Shown: positions 41,661 to 55,813, counted from the stretch's first letter. The stretch: 64,000 nt of DNA from Octopus sinensis (GCF_006345805.1 NC_043009.1:3596001-3660000); one strand, 5' to 3'. A program made the numbers and translations. The notes: a model not told the origin generated them from the sequence alone.

Positions 41661-41721
41661 ATGCATACACATATACACCACATACATACATACAATATAT
41701 ATATATGTGTGTATATATATA

Positions 41722-41975
41722 TTGCAGCCTGGAAGGTGTTTGTAAGCCATTAAGAAACACACAAAAACCGTTACATTCACTTCAACATTTAAACTTAATT
41801 GCCAAAAATTTTCGTCGCTTTCAGACCGCGACCTGTTCACTGACAAAAATATCGTGCTAACAGGTCGCGGTCTCAAAGCGACGAAAATTTTGACAAATTA
41901 AATTTAAATGTTGAAGTGAATCTAACGGTTTTTGTGTGTTTCTTAAATGGCTTATAAACACCTTCAACGCTGCAA
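41722..41975. repeat. Palindrome, ~116-bp arms with 21-bp spacer
   Basis: 41722-41837 and 41859-41975 are inverted copies with a few mismatches. Confidence 0.9.
41799..41846 (-). ncRNA. Minimal hammerhead-like motif, G3-C8 variant
   Basis: ttgtca-GTGAACA-G-GTCGC-ggtctgaaa-GCGAC-GAAA-ATTTT-tggcaa. Confidence 0.5.
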
Positions 41976-42135
41976 CTGTTTTCGTTCCAGCACACGATCT
42001 CAGATCAAGTCACTTGCTATGCAAGTACATCTCTGTAACTATATATATTATATATATATATATATTATGTATTGGTAAAAACAGTAAGATAACAAAAGAA
42101 AGAAAGAGACCTCAATATTATGTAAATAGAGGAAA

Positions 42136-42529
42136 TCTTTATATATAAAAGTGAGGCTTGTGTGTCTGTCTCCTACCATTAGATTCCTAACTACTCCCAC
42201 ATTTTGCGGTGCAGTTTAACCAAAACCGGGTATCTTATAGTCGTGATTCATATCGAGACCGTCTGGGTATTAGCGCGCGTCTACGATGAGTCTACGATTT
42301 AAAAAAAATTTACCATCAATTTTTCCCATTTTTAATCCATTTTTGACATATATAAGGGAAGTAACTCTCTAAAATTTATTATTAAATCTCAGAACGTAAA
42401 AAGCTACAGTAACACCCCTCCCCCTTTGTGGTTAGCCATATTGAGATGGCTATTATACTTTACATCTCTAAAAATGCTTATATAATTATTTCCCTTACAA
42501 ACCCGAGCAACGCCGGGCGATACTGCTAG
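42136..42529 (+). mobile_element. Non-autonomous Helitron
   Basis: 5' a|TCTTTATATATAAAA; 3' hairpin cccgagcaacgccggg then actgCTAG|t; inserted between A and T without a TSD. Confidence 0.85.
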
Positions 42530-42614
42530 TCCTACATAAATGTATCTCAAATAAACGTATCTTAGTAGTTATTAATATAAATATATTACATAGGTACATC
42601 TCACAGGCTATGTA

Positions 42615-43185
42615 TTGGGTTATCCGGAAAGTTCGTGCCGATTTTTAAAGGAAAGAAAAGGGTCAATAAATACTTGTCATTACATTTTTATCAACCAAAT
42701 ATTAACCCTTTCGTTGCACGATGCCTGCCTCTCCATCTTTCCTTTAACTTGAAAATACCGTCTTCCCAGAAGTGAGGTGATTTCAAAGCAAAAAATTCTT
42801 CAAGGTATCATTTTACATTATCCAAGGAATTGAACTTTTTACCATTAAGACTATTCTGCAGAGATATGAATAAATGGAAATCCGAAAAAGCAATATCTGG
42901 TGAATACGGAGGGTGGGGTTCACACATCGCAGCCGAGTTGCAGCAATTTGTGTCTGGTTTCCAAAGCATCAAGTGCCGAAAATGGACTTTCTTATCTTCC
43001 ATTTTAAAGGGTTACAGAATCAACACAGGTTATAAGAACATAAACCTTCTTTCACGAAAAGATAGTCTTAAACTCTGCTGTAAATGGAGGTGTAGTCAAA
43101 TCGTATTTTATGGACTCAACTATTTTCTAAAATAAGTCGAAATGTAAGGTACTATAAATCGGCACGAACTTTCCAGACAACCCAA
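42615..43185 (-). mobile_element. Internally deleted mariner element
   Basis: TIRs ttgggttatccggaaagttcgtgccgattt / aaatcggcacgaactttccagacaacccaa with TA flanks; ORF 42808-43002 fuses the N-terminus (MEDKKVHFRH) to PHPPYSPDIAFSDFHLF. Confidence 0.92.
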
Positions 43186-45065
43186 TATATAACTAATAGT
43201 AAGGGATAAAAAAGCAACCACCAATCGTAGCTCTTTGATATTGACAAGTGCTTTTTTTTCTTTTTGATGTACTGTACTGAGTTCAGTTTAAGTTGGGTGT
43301 ACATATTGTAGCGTGTATTCTGTAAAATTAACGTTCGCTCTAGTAATTTCCAAAGACTCCATGAGAATGGGCTTCCATACGATAGAGACGACAGGGTTGC
43401 TTAAACAGAACTCTAACGTCTTAAGTTATGAGGAGATGTATAAATAGTACTAGATGTATCTCCCACAAGACTGTGCTGGCACGCCTGGAACACCTTTCCT
43501 TATTAGTCTCTGCTTGTTCCGTGTGAACCTGGTTTTAAATAACAACATTAAATGAAAGAGAAGTCTTTCTGTGGAATTTATACAAATGAATCCGAAATTC
43601 ATCATTCACAGAAATTCTTATTAATAATATTGCATTTTCAAAATTTTAATTAGGAAAAAGGCCTCGGATTTGAACGAAGGTAACAATCAAACACATCGAC
43701 TCTAGTGTCTTTGTCTGTTTTTTTTTTATTTCATGGAGATCAGACAAATGAAAGATAAATTGAACCTAGCATGGTTTCAACACAAAGCATGAAGATCCAT
43801 TTATTGAAATTTTAAGATTGCACCTATCTGTTATCGCTCTGAGATTCACGGAAATCGCCGAGCACGCCACATAATGACATATACTTACATGCACATGACC
43901 GTGATTTTGTAAGTGGTTGTATATTATTTGCTGTCCCCACTATACTTCAGTGGATATTGACGATAGTCAGTTGCTATGAAACAGAGGTTGGTATGGAAAT
44001 TCAGGTTAAGGAGTGGTAATTGGTGGGGAGTGATAGGTGTGGATTTTTCCTTTTACATTTCTAGCAGTTTGAGCACCACTTACAAATTACAAATCGTCAT
44101 TTCGGTGGCAACTGGTCATGTGATATGCTTCTATCTCTATGGAAACCTATTTCCCATCCAAAGGCATAATTGATACTTCTAAACATGTTTGGCCTTTTCG
44201 TTAAATTTTAGAAATGGCAGAAAGCAGATAGAACACGACAAGAATAAATTTCGACTTCTTCCGCCCATTCTTAAAGTTTTCCAAGTATCTATATTTTGTT
44301 TCGTTGTATTTCACTAGGCAGAGAAAACAGGGCATTCGACCTTTTAGTGGGCATTCAATATTGATAATAAAAAGGGGGAAATAAGAAAGCGAAGGTGGAG
44401 TGTATTGTCAGAGCGGAGATAGAAGACACAAAGCAGTGGTGTTTAACCTGGTGAGGGATTAAGCCTACCACTCAGGCAGACCGTAGTGGGAGACGAACAC
44501 AGGACAGTATAAATATCACGAGGCACTCAGCCTAAAATTTCATATATTTCCGGTTCTGCATAGTTCGTTATTTGCACTTCCTTTTCTCTAGTTTGAAATA
44601 ACCATAGACAAATTTGATTTCATTTTCATTTCAATCCAGAGTAAAACAAATAATCAAAATGAATATCACAGAAGATTCTATCCAAAGTTCTGAAGACTCT
44701 GCCAAGTTGCCGCCTAAAATATAGCTTAACGAAAATCGAAACTGGATAGTAAATTTTACGTCACTATAGAGATTTATCTCAATTCTAAATCGCTTACACA
44801 AGAGATGGCAACATAATCTTGTATTTTTGTACAGATGCTCTGACATTCAACAATGTAACGTTAATAACACACACTGCGTTTTGCAAAGCTAAATAATAAA
44901 AGAGAAAGGGTAAGAGAGCATTAAGGACAACCCTAGACAGGATATAACAGACAGCCGATGTAAGAATCGGAGTTTTAGATGGAATTCAAAAGGGGCTTAT
45001 TCAAAGGATAAGAACGACATTGAGAGCGAAATAAGGAGCGTGCAACATATAGAAACAGTGGACGC

Positions 45066-45407
<342 letters not shown>

Positions 45408-45736
45408 GGAGAGAGAGTGTGTGTGAATAAGAGTGAGACAGCAGAACTAAAAGAGCATGTGTACGGGTGTGAAGAGTTGGATAGTTAACTAACGGAGAAG
45501 GGTAGAAACAAGTGGATCGTCAGAGAATACTTTTGAATGGTTCGAGGGAATTAGAGCATCTGAAAGAAAGACAGAGAGAGAGAGGAAACTACAGAGAAAG
45601 CCAATCACGCAAGGTTTAGCTAGTCATTTAGAGCACCACATGCAAACACACATATACATACAAATATAAACACATATGTGTATGACTATATATATAGAGA
45701 GAGATATATGTATATGTGCATATATGTATGTATTTA

Positions 45737-45767
<31 letters not shown>

Positions 45768-45781
45768 GCATATATACATAC

Positions 45782-45812
<31 letters not shown>

Positions 45813-46522
45813 TATATATATATATATATAAAAGAACGTGGAGAGAGAGAAAACAGACTATATATGTATGTGCGTGTGTGTGTGTATGTGTGTGTACATA
45901 CAGTGTGTGGTGGGGAGGGAGTGAGGGTGTCATATATTTGACTAAATTAAGCTAACTTGCATGCTAAGCATTCTACCGAATACAACCAAAAACAACAGAA
46001 CATCCACCACCAACATCAACATCAGCATCATCATCAACAACATCAGCAGTATCACCAACTTCGCCGACACCACGTCACCATCTCCACTGCTACCAAATTC
46101 CTTGAATACAACAAGAAACAATTCAAATGCTATGGTAGATATCATGAAATCAATGTATTCGCTTGCAATGCAAGGAGTACGTGGTATTTGAATTGCGAAA
46201 GGTAAGAAATAAGGAAAAAGACATCGAGTTGGAAATACGGCAAGAACTAAATGTCAAGAAGTCCCTACTTTACCTTCGAAAAGTGAACACATAGTTACGT
46301 ATAGGCATTTGCATCCCATCTATTAGTCACCGCACCCTCTCTCCCTTATTAAACTTTTGCAACACAACGATTCTTAGAAAAGAAGCAGATCCTCTTTCGA
46401 AGCGAAAGTAGGTGGTGGGAGGAGGTATTATACGTGCTACTCGTATTGTTGTGGTTATTTCAACCGTTGTTGTTGTTGTAGTTCTTCTTCTTCTTCTTCT
46501 TCTTCTTCTTCTTCTTCTTCTT

Positions 46523-46553
<31 letters not shown>

Positions 46554-47369
46554 GATTGCTTCGTCTTTCTTTTCTTCGTCGTCATGAACGTCATCATCAT
46601 CGTCATCATCATCATCGTGATCGTCATCATTCATTCATCATCATTGATGTAATTCGTTTTCACGGTGCAAAGAATTTATATTGTATCCCCATATGACATT
46701 TCGGTAAGAGAGTCGTTATTCAAATCTTCCGAAGTATGTTACATGTGAGTCTGTTTTATGCTTCATTTTTCCCTTTTCCACTTGTATCTCTTTTATTCTT
46801 TCTAACATTTCTTTTTCCTTTCATTTATTATTCGTTGCTTTCATCTTTTACTTTTCTCTTCTTTCTTTTACACTACTCTATTTTATTCCCATTCCTACTC
46901 AATTCTCTTTAAATGAAGAGTTGTATGTTCGTCTCCACCCATAGTTTGTATAATACGCTAAAACGTTCGCCTAACCGTTTCTGTCAGTTAAATCCATCTC
47001 GTGTAGTGATAATGAAGACATAGAGATCGCAACGACTTGAAATAAAACTCTAAACTACACAATATTCTATTCTAGAACCGAAGGTGTTGTCGATTAAGTC
47101 TCAATTCTCATTTTGTATTAAATCATTGACTTTGGTTTAATATAATGCCCTATTATTTGTTCATTTGGTTTTAAACAGTTTAACACTGTTCTTACCCGTT
47201 ATTTATCGCACTCTCAGCTTTAGGTCCCTGAGAACTTCACTGTATATTTATTTTCTACGCAGTTTATACACCTGGGCCTTATGTAATATTTCCATCCAAA
47301 GTATATAGACGGGTTTTTTTATACATAAATATCACTCGATATAATATTTGCTTTCTATGCGGTTTATAT

Positions 47370-47504
47370 AGTTCTAGGTTCAATCCCTCTGCATAGCTCT
47401 ATGGGCAAATGCCTTTAGCTTTGTAAGTGGATTTGATAGATAGAAACTAAAGGAAGCTCGTGGTGTATACATATATATGTTAACCTATGTATATATCTAT
47501 ATTC

Positions 47505-47583
<79 letters not shown>

Positions 47584-47790
47584 GTTATATGTTTATATCT
47601 ATATATCATTGTTTGTCTCCTCGCCACCGCTTCACAACCGGTGTGGGTGTATTTACGTCCCCGTAACATAGGGGTTCGGCAAAAGACACCGACAGAATAA
47701 GTATTAGTCTTAAAAATAATTCCTGGGGTCGATTTGTTCAAGGTGGTGTCTCAGTATGTCCACAGTCAAATGATTAAAACCCGGAAAACA
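47370..47790 (+). mobile_element. SINE family C (diverged) with central (TA)n
   Basis: ggttcaatccctctgc...gtggatttgatagatagaaactaaaggaagc...atttacgtccccgtaac...cacagtcaaatga. Confidence 0.65.
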
Positions 47791-47989
47791 TAAAATATTT
47801 TCACACAACGTATATAAACGTTTTTTAAATGCATAAATATCTCTCTTGGTAGCATAGTCGCATATGACTTTCATTGCCAGAGGAGGGATAATAAGCACGA
47901 AACAAACCCAGAATTAACAGCGCATCAATTAATTATCAGACAACACAGGAGCGCATTCCTTTGACCCTTCCCATATGTAATTGCCTGGG

Positions 47990-48300
47990 AACGAGTTCAT
48001 CGTGAGACGCGTCACAATCATGCACTCCCTTCAATTTGCCTTCTCTGCTGCTAATATAATAGTCACTGCTACTTCAATAGTACAGGCTCACTCATTTGTC
48101 ATTCATCGTCCAAGTAGAATCTACCCCCTGCACATCCCGCACTAATAGCTATTCCCGGAATTTCCTCCACACAGCGTTGATCGCCTGGATTAATCTGATT
48201 CTTTCGATCCCGGTGTCTTCTAACAACAACTTAAGTGAACCGTTAACATGTCTGTTTCATTCATTTCCGTCGGCCTGTAAAGACTATGAGCATTGCATCC
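47990..48300 (+). mobile_element. Old CR1/L2-like LINE 3' remnant
   Basis: RTNSYSRNFLHTALIAWINL resembles the RT..Y..SF.....WN.L terminal motif. Confidence 0.35.
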
Positions 48301-49043
48301 TATCACTAGACTCAGCAAGAAAATTAAGCACATTTGTTAGTCAAAGTTTCTCAAAAACATTTTTTAGTTTTCTCAGTTTCGTCCATTCTTTTGTCTTTTT
48401 TTTCTTTCATTTTTAGTTAGCTCCCCTTGTGGACTCTTCTTAATCACCCTGTATCAATGTTTTCGTCCTTCAGATAGCAGTACAATATTCATAATTTTGT
48501 TTGCATTTGAAGCTTATTAATGCATTGTGCATACATCGAGAAGTATTTGCTCTTTCACCTTCAGCAATTTCAAAATGCATTTCTTTTAGTTTTAACATAT
48601 TAAGGATGAAAAATGCAATTACAAATCCAAACAAAATCTGTTTTGTTATCTTCATTCGCAAACGAAATATATTTATATTTTAAAAACAGGAGAACAAGAT
48701 AAATCCCCTAACATTAATAAGTTCCTCCTTATCAAAAAATTGGAACTAAATATATTAAATTTGCAAAATCGTTTTTGTGTGGAGATTCTAAACCTTTGAA
48801 CTTCCAAATATAAAACTCGAAGACTGTTTATAAAAATGAAAAATAGCAAAAATCTGCATTAAACGAATTTGTATTAGAAAATTATTTTACGTTCTAAAAC
48901 AACTATAAACTTCCAAACTAAATATTTTGCATTTGCATATTTTATATTTGTTTGATGTAGCTGGAAAAAAACGATGATTAGTGAGTCACTTCATAAACAT
49001 TCTAGTGAATGACTAAACCTATGTGTACGAAATATCTTCAATA

Positions 49044-49186
49044 CAGGCGTGGTTGTGTGGTTGCTTCCGACCACATGGCTCCGAGTTCAGTCACTCGGCG
49101 TGGTACCTTGGACAAATGTCTTCTACTATAGCCTCGGGCCGGCCGACCAGAGCAGATTTGGTAGACGGAAACTGAAGGAAGTCCGT

Positions 49187-49233
<47 letters not shown>

Positions 49234-49470
49234 ATGTGTGTGTGTGTGTGTGTGTGTGTATCTTTGTGTCCCCACATCATCTGTTGACAACCGATGTTGG
49301 TGTTTTGAGGTCTCCGTAACTAAGCGGCTCGGCAAAGTGTCCGATAGAATAAGTACTAGGCTTACAAAAAAAGAGTCCTGGGGTCGTTTTCTTCGAATAA
49401 AAGATCTTTTAAGACAGTGCCTCGGCATGGCTACAGTCAAATAACTGAAACAAGTAAAAGAATAAAAGAA
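49044..49470 (+). mobile_element. SINE family C
   Basis: Collinear with 55340-55747. Confidence 0.8.
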
Positions 49471-49749
49471 TAATTTGTGTAATTAGCAAATTAATATGGA
49501 CACGTCCATTTAGATTAATCAGAAGAAATGTAGAGTGCACAGGCTCCCACGCTCGCAACGATATCTGTATTGTGTAGGTAACTAGGGTAATATCCAAGTT
49601 GTTTCCGTTATTACAATCCAACATGTAGTCTCAGTTGCTGCTGTATGTTAGTTCAAAATGCATACAAAAATTCAGAATTATGGAAATACGATTTGCGTAG
49701 TTATTGTATAACAAAACAAAAAATTGAAAAGTTTACGGTATTATTTCTT

Positions 49750-49847
49750 TATAATTACACGTGTTTCGTTTGCTAATAGGCATTACAAAGTTTAACATGT
49801 TAGATAGAGATGTCGGGAAATTTCCATTAGAAATTCTTCAGACAGAG
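49750..49847 (-). ncRNA. Decayed type I hammerhead-like motif
   Basis: CTGAAGA-atttctaat...attagcaaac-GAAAC-acgt-GTA; stem I is eroded. Confidence 0.45.
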
Positions 49848-50629
49848 AAATTATATATCTTTGGATTTGAGGAATTAAATAATGTAGAATCTGAGCGCAT
49901 GGTGTGTCCTATTTGAAGATCAGGATACTGGTACAACAAAAACCGAGAGAAAAAAAAAAGATATTTATATAAATAACAGACTGACCATTCGGAAACATCG
50001 TTTTGTGAAGCTCTTAATCCCCACCCACTTCTTGTTCACTCTTTTTCTCTTCCTGTTTCTGTGTCTTTTGGGTGCGTATTTTCTATAACTTTTATACACC
50101 TTTTACAATTGTCCACTTCAGTCTTTCCTTTCGTTCTTTTATTAATTATCATCTTGTCTTATCTTCCTCTCTTTCCCCTTTGCTCTCATATCTTCCCCTC
50201 TATTTATTCTTTATCTTGTCTTTCAACAACTCCCACTCCCATTTTTTGTCTCCTCCTCCCTCTTTATCTTCCTTGGTCCTTAGTCTTCTTTCTACTTCCT
50301 TGTCAAAATATTTATAAAATGCCTCACCATCTATCGATTAGTTTTCAGTAACAAGAGGCAATAAACTGTTTCCTCGTGGTCTGTTGTAGTTAAACATGCA
50401 ATTATAGGTTGACAATCCAATGCAGAATTACAAACACGGTGATGACGAAACGTACGTAGAATCAAATAATATAAACATGTGTTTAAAATAATTAATCCGG
50501 CATTTTCTTCAAATATCACAAATAGTAATATTACTAAGTATAGTAGTTGCTTACACAGTATACTGGCGTCAGACTAGATTATGATAATCTAAGCACAGCT
50601 CTAAAACTAAACAGTGTGTTTATATATAC

Positions 50630-50690
<61 letters not shown>

Positions 50691-51146
50691 TATATATCTA
50701 TATATATATATATATATATATCTGTATGTATTTTTGTATTATGTGTTGTATGAATATTATGAGAGGGGAGATAACTGATCCGTTAATGTAAGATTAAGCA
50801 AAAAGTACTCCACTCAGTGGGAGATAATTATCATTTAATGAACACAGTATAAAGATAAGGGCTTCAAATAGTTTCTTGGACTGAAATCACGTTGCTAGGC
50901 AGGGTTTTATAACGTGCCTTATACTTCCAAGTAATCTTAAGGCCCTGAGCACATGGGCCTGTTCTGTTACATGAAGATGCATGTGAAAAGCAGAGGAAAA
51001 CATGAAAAGAAGGCAAATAGCAAGGGAGGAAAACAACACAAGCGCTAAATACTAATACATGCATTGCTCTTTTCTCTTCGCTTTTCCTTCTCCTGCCTTC
51101 TCTATCCATACATACAGGGTCACACACACACACAACATATACATCT

Positions 51147-51567
51147 TATTTCTTTATTGCCCACAAGGGACTAAACATAGAGGGGAGAAACAAGGACAGA
51201 CAAGGAGATTAAGTCGATTACATCGACTCCAGTATGTAAAACTGCTACTTAATTTATAGACCCCCGAAAGGACGAAAGGCAAAGTCGACCTCGGCGGAAT
51301 TTGAACTCAGAACGTAACAGCAGACGAAATACCTATTTCTTTACTACCCACAAGGGGCTAAACACAGAGAGGACAAACAAGGACAAACAAACGGGTTAAG
51401 TCGATTACATCGGCCCCAGTGCGTAACTGGTACTTATTTAATCGACCCCGAAAGGTTGAAAGGCAAAGTCAACCTCGGTGGAATTTGAACTCAGAACGTA
51501 ACGGCAGACGAAATACAGCTAAGCATTTCGCCCGGCGTGCTAACGTTTCTGCCAGCTTGCCGCCTTA
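51147..51567 (-). mobile_element. SINE family B with tandemly duplicated body
   Basis: Head at 51567 and two bodies (~51333-51510 and 51147-51332), each ending taaagaaata. Confidence 0.85.
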
Positions 51568-52073
51568 AACAACATACATTTATACACACACACATTTATA
51601 CGCAGATATAGACAGACATTGCTGCGTCTCTGAGTTTGTGTATATTTATATATATATGTTTGCGTGGTCTTGCATATATGTGTGTGTGTGATTAAATTTA
51701 TTATTATGCATATATGCTTGTGCTGATGTGTTGCTATGTTTGGTTTGTGTGTGTACGTTTGTGTGAGCGCGTGTGAGTGTCTGTGTGCGTGTGTGTATTT
51801 GTGTGTGCGTGTCTGTGTGTGTATGTGTGTGTACGTACTTCATTTACTCCAGATTAACATTCCCTATAATAAAGTGTACTGAATTGTGGCTGATACGAAC
51901 TAGAGGTTCTTCAAATACAAATACCTTCTGTGGACATTTTGCGATATTATACATACACGTGCTTTTATATATATATCTATAGCTATCTATCTATATGTGT
52001 GTATGCGCCTGTATATCTGTGTGTGTATACATACACACACACTTATATGTATGTATCTATATATATATATAAT

Positions 52074-52134
<61 letters not shown>

Positions 52135-52536
52135 CATGTTTTTTATGCATTTGATGGAAATCCAAGAACAGCACGGTAACAACGGTAAATCAAGATATAT
52201 GAAATCAACGAACAAGTGGGAGTTTATTAATTTTCAATGAGATTCCAACATCTGTTGGACTACTTCAAAATCGGGGTGATGACAAGGTCGCTTAGCTATT
52301 TTAAATTAGGATTAATAGAATCAGATGTTACGTATTAATTTAAAGGGATCTGCATGTAGTAAATGTCAACACATTTACTGAAATGCTGGCTTCCCAACGC
52401 ATAAATCTCTCGTGAATTGGTTCATATGTAAAGATGAAATATATCAGCGCAGCAACGTCTAATCGCTGCGGACCAAAGACCAACAAAGTGAGCTTAGTCA
52501 TATATATATATATATATATGAATATGTATATATATA

Positions 52537-52570
<34 letters not shown>

Positions 52571-52813
52571 ATAGTATGTATGTATGTATGTATGTATGTA
52601 TATATATATGTATATATATATATGTATATATTTATATATATATGTATATATATATATATATGCATATACATATATGCATACATACTATAACAATGCACAC
52701 ACATGTATATATGCATATATATATATGTGTGTGTGTATATATATATATGTGTGTGTAAATATATATGTCTGTGCGTATATATATATATACATATATGATA
52801 GATAGATAGATAA

Positions 52814-52912
<99 letters not shown>

Positions 52913-52916
52913 TATG

Positions 52917-53340
52917 TACTGTCCGTCAGCAATTCGTGAGCATGATTTCAATTTTTCAATTTGAAAGAAAGCAAAAATATTAGAAAGCCAACAATTTCCC
53001 AAGAATGTGACCCACTTATTCTGACTTACGATTAACAGAAAACTTTTCAATAAAATATTAGCTTCGATTACTGCCTTGATATAACACCAGAAAGTTTTAT
53101 CTGCGTTGTGCTGTTGATGTATATTTTTGTTGCCCATGCAATCATGAATAGCAGTCGTCAACGTGTCCTTGGGACCGCTTGAATTCTTAGCTGTTTTCGT
53201 CGCAACGAGGCTCCAATCTTAGCAGAGAGCTAAGAGATCAATGCTTACGTTAACATGATCCTGAAAATTTTCAACCGTTTAATCCTGACTCGCGCAGGCT
53301 GTGTAAGAGGTAGTTGAGTATGATTGAAATACGTAAGAAC
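52917..53340 (-). pseudogene. Decayed Tc1/mariner transposase C-terminus
   Basis: WSLV...DTLTTAIHDCM...FWCYIKAVIEAN resembles DDE/DDD transposase C-termini. Confidence 0.35.
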
Positions 53341-53356
53341 CCGTGTATATAACTCA

Positions 53357-53462
53357 GGCAAAGTCGACCTCGGCGGAATTTGAACTCAGAACGTAACGGC
53401 AGACGAAATACCGCAGTGCATTTCGCCCGGCGTGCTAACCTTTCTCCCAGCTAGCCGCCTTA
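53357..53462 (-). mobile_element. SINE family B head fragment
   Basis: Nearly identical to 51462-51567. Confidence 0.8.
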
Positions 53463-53741
53463 ACAAGGTCCATACTATTGTCAGATTGATTCTGTTTACG
53501 ATACAATCGTTTTTGAAGAATTCAGCCATATACATGCTAATCCAAGGAACGTTTGAGCTCTGTTGATCGAACACCTAAACCGTATAAGTTCTGTTGGGGA
53601 AAAGTATATCCATCTCTTATTACTCGGTAGTTTTATTAATTTGCTTTCACTTTATTATTGCCTGAGTTATGCGCTGTTGTTTGTTTTGTTCTTGCTTTAC
53701 CTAGGACGTATGCGGTGTGTAGCAGGGCATTTTTTTGTATG

Positions 53742-53820
<79 letters not shown>

Positions 53821-53948
53821 TTCAATACAATTAGATTCAGATGAATTTGGTACTTAAGTTAAAGGCACCAAAATTTAGCATGGTATTATCCATATAATTC
53901 AAAATGGGGGATTGCAATAAAAATAAGCAGCAAGGATATCCAGAGGTA

Positions 53949-54038
53949 ATGCAGCACGATCGTTTCATACGACTCCATTTAATTGAACAATGCAAATATT
54001 ACGTCAGTTTTAAAATGTAGACCAATCTTCAGCTGCAT
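53949..54038 (-). ncRNA. Decayed type I hammerhead-like motif
   Basis: atgcag-CTGAAGA...GAAAC-gatc-GTG-ctgcat; perfect stem I and palindromic stem III, but the triplet is GUG. Confidence 0.55.
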
Positions 54039-54558
54039 AAAAATATAGAATTTAGTTAAATTCAAAGGATTCATTTGTATAGTTATTCCATTAAGCAATA
54101 TCACAAAGAGGATAAGTAGATAGACAACAGACATGTTTCATCAACAACATCATAGTTGTAAACATGATGTAGCATTTATATATATATATATATATATATA
54201 TTCATGACTCCTGATGTTTTGGTTATGTATTAGTCTGTATGAATTTTAATCAAAACTAATGGATCTATAATTATGGAGTCTATTCTGTTTTTAGGCTCCA
54301 CATTCGGGTTTTCGCTATTTCAAGGTCTTTGTATTTTGGGAGTTTCTCCGTTTCTTTTAGGGATACACTGTCATTGATATACAAATAAATAGATATGGTT
54401 CCCTAAAATTAATTTTACATGCAGCAGTGTGAGCGGGCAACAAAGATTGCCGAGCTTATAGTGGAGACTTGCCCGAGATGCCATGAGGTTGGACTGAAAC
54501 CGGACTGTTCTTCGGAAGTCAGGCCTACATATATATTATATATATAATATGTAGCTAG

Positions 54559-54668
<110 letters not shown>

Positions 54669-54816
54669 GTAGAAAAATGAATTATCTTATTACGGATAAT
54701 TCGAATGATAACCGATACCTGGGTAGCAAACTCACAACAGAAAAAGCACGGTTGAAGTTACGACCATAGGGCATAAACTCCGTGCCTTAGTGCGGAAATT
54801 TGAAGTTTAATATATT

Positions 54817-55185
54817 AAGTATAGGAAAGAATGGAGCTGAACGAAGATTTAACAAAATTCCTTTATTTTAACATCGCTTGACAACCGATACTGTTGTGTT
54901 CACGTCCCCGTAACTTAGCGATTCTGCAAAAGAGACCGATAGATTAAGTACTAGGCCTACAAAGAATTAGTCCTGGGGACGATTAGCTCGACAAAAAGCG
55001 GTGCACCAGTATGGCCGCAGTGAAATAACCCAGGACTAATTCTTTGTAGGCCTAGTACTTAATCTATCGGTCTCTTTTGCAGAATCGCTAAGTTACGGGG
55101 ACGTGAACACAACAGTATCGGTTGTCAAGCGATGTTAAAATAAAGGAATTTTGTTAAATCTTCGTTCGGCTCCATTCTTTCCTAT

Positions 55186-55189
<4 letters not shown>
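54817..55189. repeat. Near-perfect fold-back, 161-bp arms with 51-bp spacer
   Basis: 54817-54977 versus 55029-55189; I found one mismatch; the arms include part of a family C SINE. Confidence 0.92.
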
Positions 55190-55233
<44 letters not shown>

Positions 55234-55268
55234 ATATATATATACATACATACGTACATACATACTTA

Positions 55269-55339
<71 letters not shown>

Positions 55340-55747
55340 GGCGCAGTAGTGGATGTGGGGTAAGTAGCTTGCTTACCAACCATTGGTTCTGGGTTCAGTC
55401 CCACAGCGTGGCACCTTAGGCAAGTGTCTTCTACTATAGCCTCAGTCCGACCAAAGCCTTGTGAGTGGATGTGGTAGACGGAAACTGAAAGAAGCCCGTG
55501 GTATATATGTTTGTATAGGTTTGTATGTCTGTGTTTGTCCTCCCAACCATCGCTTGACAACCGATGCTGGTGTGTTTACGTCCCCATCACTTTCCGGTTC
55601 TGTAAGAGAGACCGATAAAATAAGTACTAGGCTTACAATGAATAAGTCCTGGGGTCGATTTGCACGACTAAAGGCGGGGATCCAGCATCGCCACAGTCAA
55701 ATGACTGAAACAAATAAAAAATAACAGAATAAAAGAATAAAAGAAAT
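55340..55747 (+). mobile_element. SINE family C, full length
   Basis: ggcgcagtagtgg...gggttcagtccc (B-box-like)...aaatgactgaaacaa plus an aaaagaat tail. Confidence 0.85.
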
Positions 55748-55771
55748 AATATATATATATACATATGTAAA

Positions 55772-55813
<42 letters not shown>

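Noticed and set aside
50438-50460. GTGATGA-C-GAAAC-gtac-GTA hammerhead-like string
   Set aside because: No stem I or II, and G3/G8 cannot pair.
54746-54790. gcacgg...ccgtgc hairpin with TTGAAG, possible hammerhead
   Set aside because: The GAAA box is absent; too degenerate to call.
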